Shown: positions 37,501-37,874 of the stretch, piece after piece
Layout of the letters: each line of letters starts with the position of its first letter
Position numbering within the stretch: the stretch's first letter is position 1
NCBI GenBank assembly: GCA_007119395.1
Contig: SKPS01000251.1
Location: forward strand, 1-37,874
Direction of reading: 5' to 3'
DNA length: 37,874 bases
Origin: Lentimicrobiaceae bacterium
GTDB taxonomy: Bacteria; Bacteroidota; Bacteroidia; Bacteroidales; SKPS01
Notes under the pieces: model-generated
The model's input: only the letters and a program-made list of their open reading frames with translations
Told to the model about the DNA's origin: nothing
Database searches by the model: none
Position numbers and translations under genes: made by a program

Positions 37501-37874
37501 CGGTTATGCTTTCGAAGCCGACAGCATAGGCCTCAAATTTGAAAACGACAGCCTGATCTCAGGCGTCTTTAGCGGTCGAATCCACCTGGCATCACCGATG
37601 GAAGGGAGAATCCGAACAACCATCACCGCCGCCGGAAGTGGTTGGGCCGCAGATGTATCCACCGACAACCCAGTCTCCATACCACGATTGAGAACATCCT
37701 TCTCACTCCTGTCAGGTACAGGCATCCAATGGAATCAACCTACCAGTACCGGAACCCTCACCCTCAATGCCATTGTGACATCTGAAACCATCGGAGAAGT
37801 TACCGTGATGGGACTTGAAGTCAACTCAAAAGGTGAAATCAAAGCAGATGAAATCAGCATCGACAAAGCAGTGA
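31490..37874 (+). CDS. giant exported modular coiled-coil protein of unknown function, 3'-truncated by the window edge (at least 2128 codons); absent from the supplied ORF track
   Basis: I translated the frame line by line; codon starts are at positions congruent to 2 mod 3. In-frame TAA TAA at 31472-31477 is followed by ATG 31490. There is no stop through the last full codon, 37871-37873 (GTG). The N-terminus is MQKNKFTLTATVTLFLLWALFAIPVKA/QQ. An open frame of this length cannot plausibly arise by chance. Confidence 0.92.
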   Translation, partial: MQKNKFTLTATVTLFLLWALFAIPVKAQQIFVFIEMHPMPPASLYQWDREGMMMFVVADNMSTTTHQAHLMVELYDEYDRLVGESRSPRVVNIAPGFTEIPHQGLLTSGGFTFLDPLRRPMQNTGIFPEGEYRLCIRLVDAVTNVVLSDEACTFFMIQGFEAPYLLYPEDGVVLSEPQLLSTVFQWTPFMGDPFLSIAYRLVMVEVLPGQSAYEALLVNQPVVQETVEEPFWQWDDKYVTPKPEASYAWSVVLTDVETGRDQTSYAPPRVIVFWPADTIPVTDPPIDIPPYDPPPEDPPAEACDPPDYTPEPATPISLGMMVDDSELHLYPRAVPIRAEAIDWDLLWLYCSGCDGGRSEEPMPVMDEVHDFTWELIDGKGSLNIPFDPFRFNQIKDSLQNIHKRITEIEDSLIQIAQDTLELPNRTEAHKARIEEKETENTGLDSLIALINDTLQVINQQRGDLFDDINALIGQTDSIQHLISNLLDEIDSLRYLLSGPPSEEELTQRTVVADHRTVLTNLQEELIKHEQETTKQSDALKQIIQDAKDVLDAAATAYNDQKEISENISKKIAEEEIKLLEDPDTRDFLLHRRFWYGTASGFIVEYAMGQHIGLYNTMDNLFSQSKNCLIETDTTVRHACHNTFDNSLVGLYQQLTNRCAALPPHERHDCIEAFSYVTQTYQDFRQTMQRLVYSEYLYPVQIEITIDSLRQVLLAMESVMNAAQNQVEQSNQAYSQALSDYVEEMQLLDSQKADMQQNIVEQADSLSRQEHKYNLLVQARKDELERNREQFLEGVHAAESSINSMESAIDHLQDSLSTLYADTFGLFVIKTEFEEEKERLEALKEKNEELIHNLVDLIDALEQRIEALKRRAEELMDEMEALREQQESLEEEQVEEMAGNTSATGYYVYYIPPPLEEVMKDKGTYPRFEALRDSVKAAEDSLQLAYFKKEQVQRIIALETERIGRALVEYKKSEDQINALNDQATEAEKELARKKNEITQEFHNQQLQLQELLNSAEENLNKALQQKEDYTSDSLKVKEDLEQMVRSITQHDSLLSLLQQTIEDKQNELNNKQELLRAAEPTLADQSNELEAKRRLLRERNTALSQLNNHLSRANVMGEQEAIRQVRELIKDTEDEIKTLEETDIPAKEQEVAGSAASVQSAEASVSTAREQLGVLLGNQQQKRLQARELRDSLVKGNEAYAEVLSGLEHWRRVERLAHRLIRNTNQAREELQDHVEDQIGQDEEVSAHEENLENIKQQIEEHENAKKDAIHAINESVARKERAINEADKQLAKAKANLEEAEEEFRAFLVEEFESVEIEATIRLRAKDAVIDAFRAGDEEAELIKTIRYEGSRIPVFENEPAIEQIPDEPDVASVCLVQELLEEGALPAEMTPPRVLRPEPRTIALVYEDGKPLWEEWPVFRNTDVIAKDVVEVYAEFTPDFDQLEIKCYTADGKCDEVKTLESIRDQGPYQWKYEGRNIGNHPLQNRFLWEPRFVEKPLPEEKLEIEALLIANHLAPDDPVDSDDSILVIPGVLVEVTDNLVGIPDTTMEVQARVVTGDHKGLAGEDIEFSVERMAGSSEDYGFDGDTIITVQTDGDGYAKADFDFGDGFARFRIHAKWLRDSVVIDEESFDAIAPIRLSIHRFSAGAPPFAFDAALEIIQSEGDVSQEKIDELTGDFPPSVGDDAGQDYAYVVRAIAGLLNEERDAAEDEEVLFELMPEEAGIDPEETRTGAFGLAFAIVKDLPDETNLLLKASVEDAYQPLGRPPKDQATYNTSLFDRFRIGSKDNLFVVILDEPVSEGELISGTGRLGVADDGISDGIMNELMEVSLHINEVELADNGEDRIAVAGSVSWSSATSVSRNILGFDVGVDSFVVTASLGGGIGGVISHNSLSAPVRFYAEIEPTGDFLGTIENIPAIELGGFKLREGSSFTIDMHKMKSPPGFANNFSGVVIHSASLELPAVFATEATGRPSRLHVKDFFIGSAGIGGEISYAGSIFRLGYAGYAFEADSIGLKFENDSLISGVFSGRIHLASPMEGRIRTTITAAGSGWAADVSTDNPVSIPRLRTSFSLLSGTGIQWNQPTSTGTLTLNAIVTSETIGEVTVMGLEVNSKGEIKADEISIDKAV
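32312..32434 (+). other. proline-rich linker in the giant ORF
   Basis: The translation reads PADTIPVTDPPIDIPPYDPPPEDPPAEACDPPDYTPEPATP. Confidence 0.8.
32660..35440 (+). other. coiled-coil-rich rod region of the giant ORF (about 925 aa, with two non-helical inserts)
   Basis: E/Q/L/K/A-rich heptad-like sequence runs throughout, for example IKDSLQNIHKRITEIEDSLIQIAQD, EKERLEALKEKNEELIHNLVDLIDALEQRIEALKRRAEELMDEMEALREQQESLEEE and KQLAKAKANLEEAEEEF. The boundaries were set by eye. Confidence 0.75.
36068..36349 (+). other. bacterial Ig-like (Big_1/invasin-type) module in the giant ORF, tentative
   Basis: SILVIPGVLVEVTDNLVGIPDTTMEVQARVVTGDHKGLAGEDIEFSV...TIITVQTDGDGYAKADFDFGDGFARFRIHAKW follows the pattern V.D..G.P....V.F......G....TD..G.A typical of Big domains. 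Confidence 0.45.

Noticed and set aside
1-37874. A scan for mobile elements, CRISPR arrays, defence systems (restriction-modification, toxin-antitoxin, retrons, CBASS-like), and rRNA or tRNA genes
   Set aside because: I recognised no transposase, integrase or recombinase motifs. I saw no direct-repeat/spacer arrays and no nuclease- or cyclase-type defence signatures in any frame I read. The YwqK-type repeat protein is exported and lacks a toxin partner, so it is not a toxin-antitoxin module.

Overview
This 37.9-kb chromosomal window looks Bacteroidota-like. It carries an adjacent porU/porV-type type IX secretion (T9SS) pair. TAnnTTTG -7 promoter boxes sit 22 nt upstream of two start codons. 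I found no rRNA, tRNA, CRISPR array, transposase or integrase. Positions 1-13993 are housekeeping: mutY (5' partial), methylmalonyl-CoA mutase mutA/mutB, radical-SAM ygiQ, a lipoprotein/TPR/rsmA operon, serS, rplU-rpmA and lptB. Positions 14044-31209 form one co-directional minus-strand array of cell-envelope genes. In transcription order these are ispB, an exported MORN/YwqK-repeat protein, and an MltD-like LysM protein whose catalytic Glu appears replaced by Leu. Next come two SGNH hydrolases plus an MBOAT acyltransferase (an O-acetylation-type cluster), then an unusually long PorU-like C25 peptidase, a PorV-like barrel and lnt. The most notable feature is absent from the supplied ORF track. 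A + strand ORF starts at ATG 31490 and stays open for 2128 codons to the window edge (checked codon by codon). It encodes a Sec-signal-bearing modular protein: two beta-type modules, a Pro-rich linker, about 925 aa of coiled coil broken by two globular inserts, then Ig-like and beta-rich modules. I recognise no named family for it. The minus-strand ORFs listed across 31454-37725 are antisense shadows of this gene.
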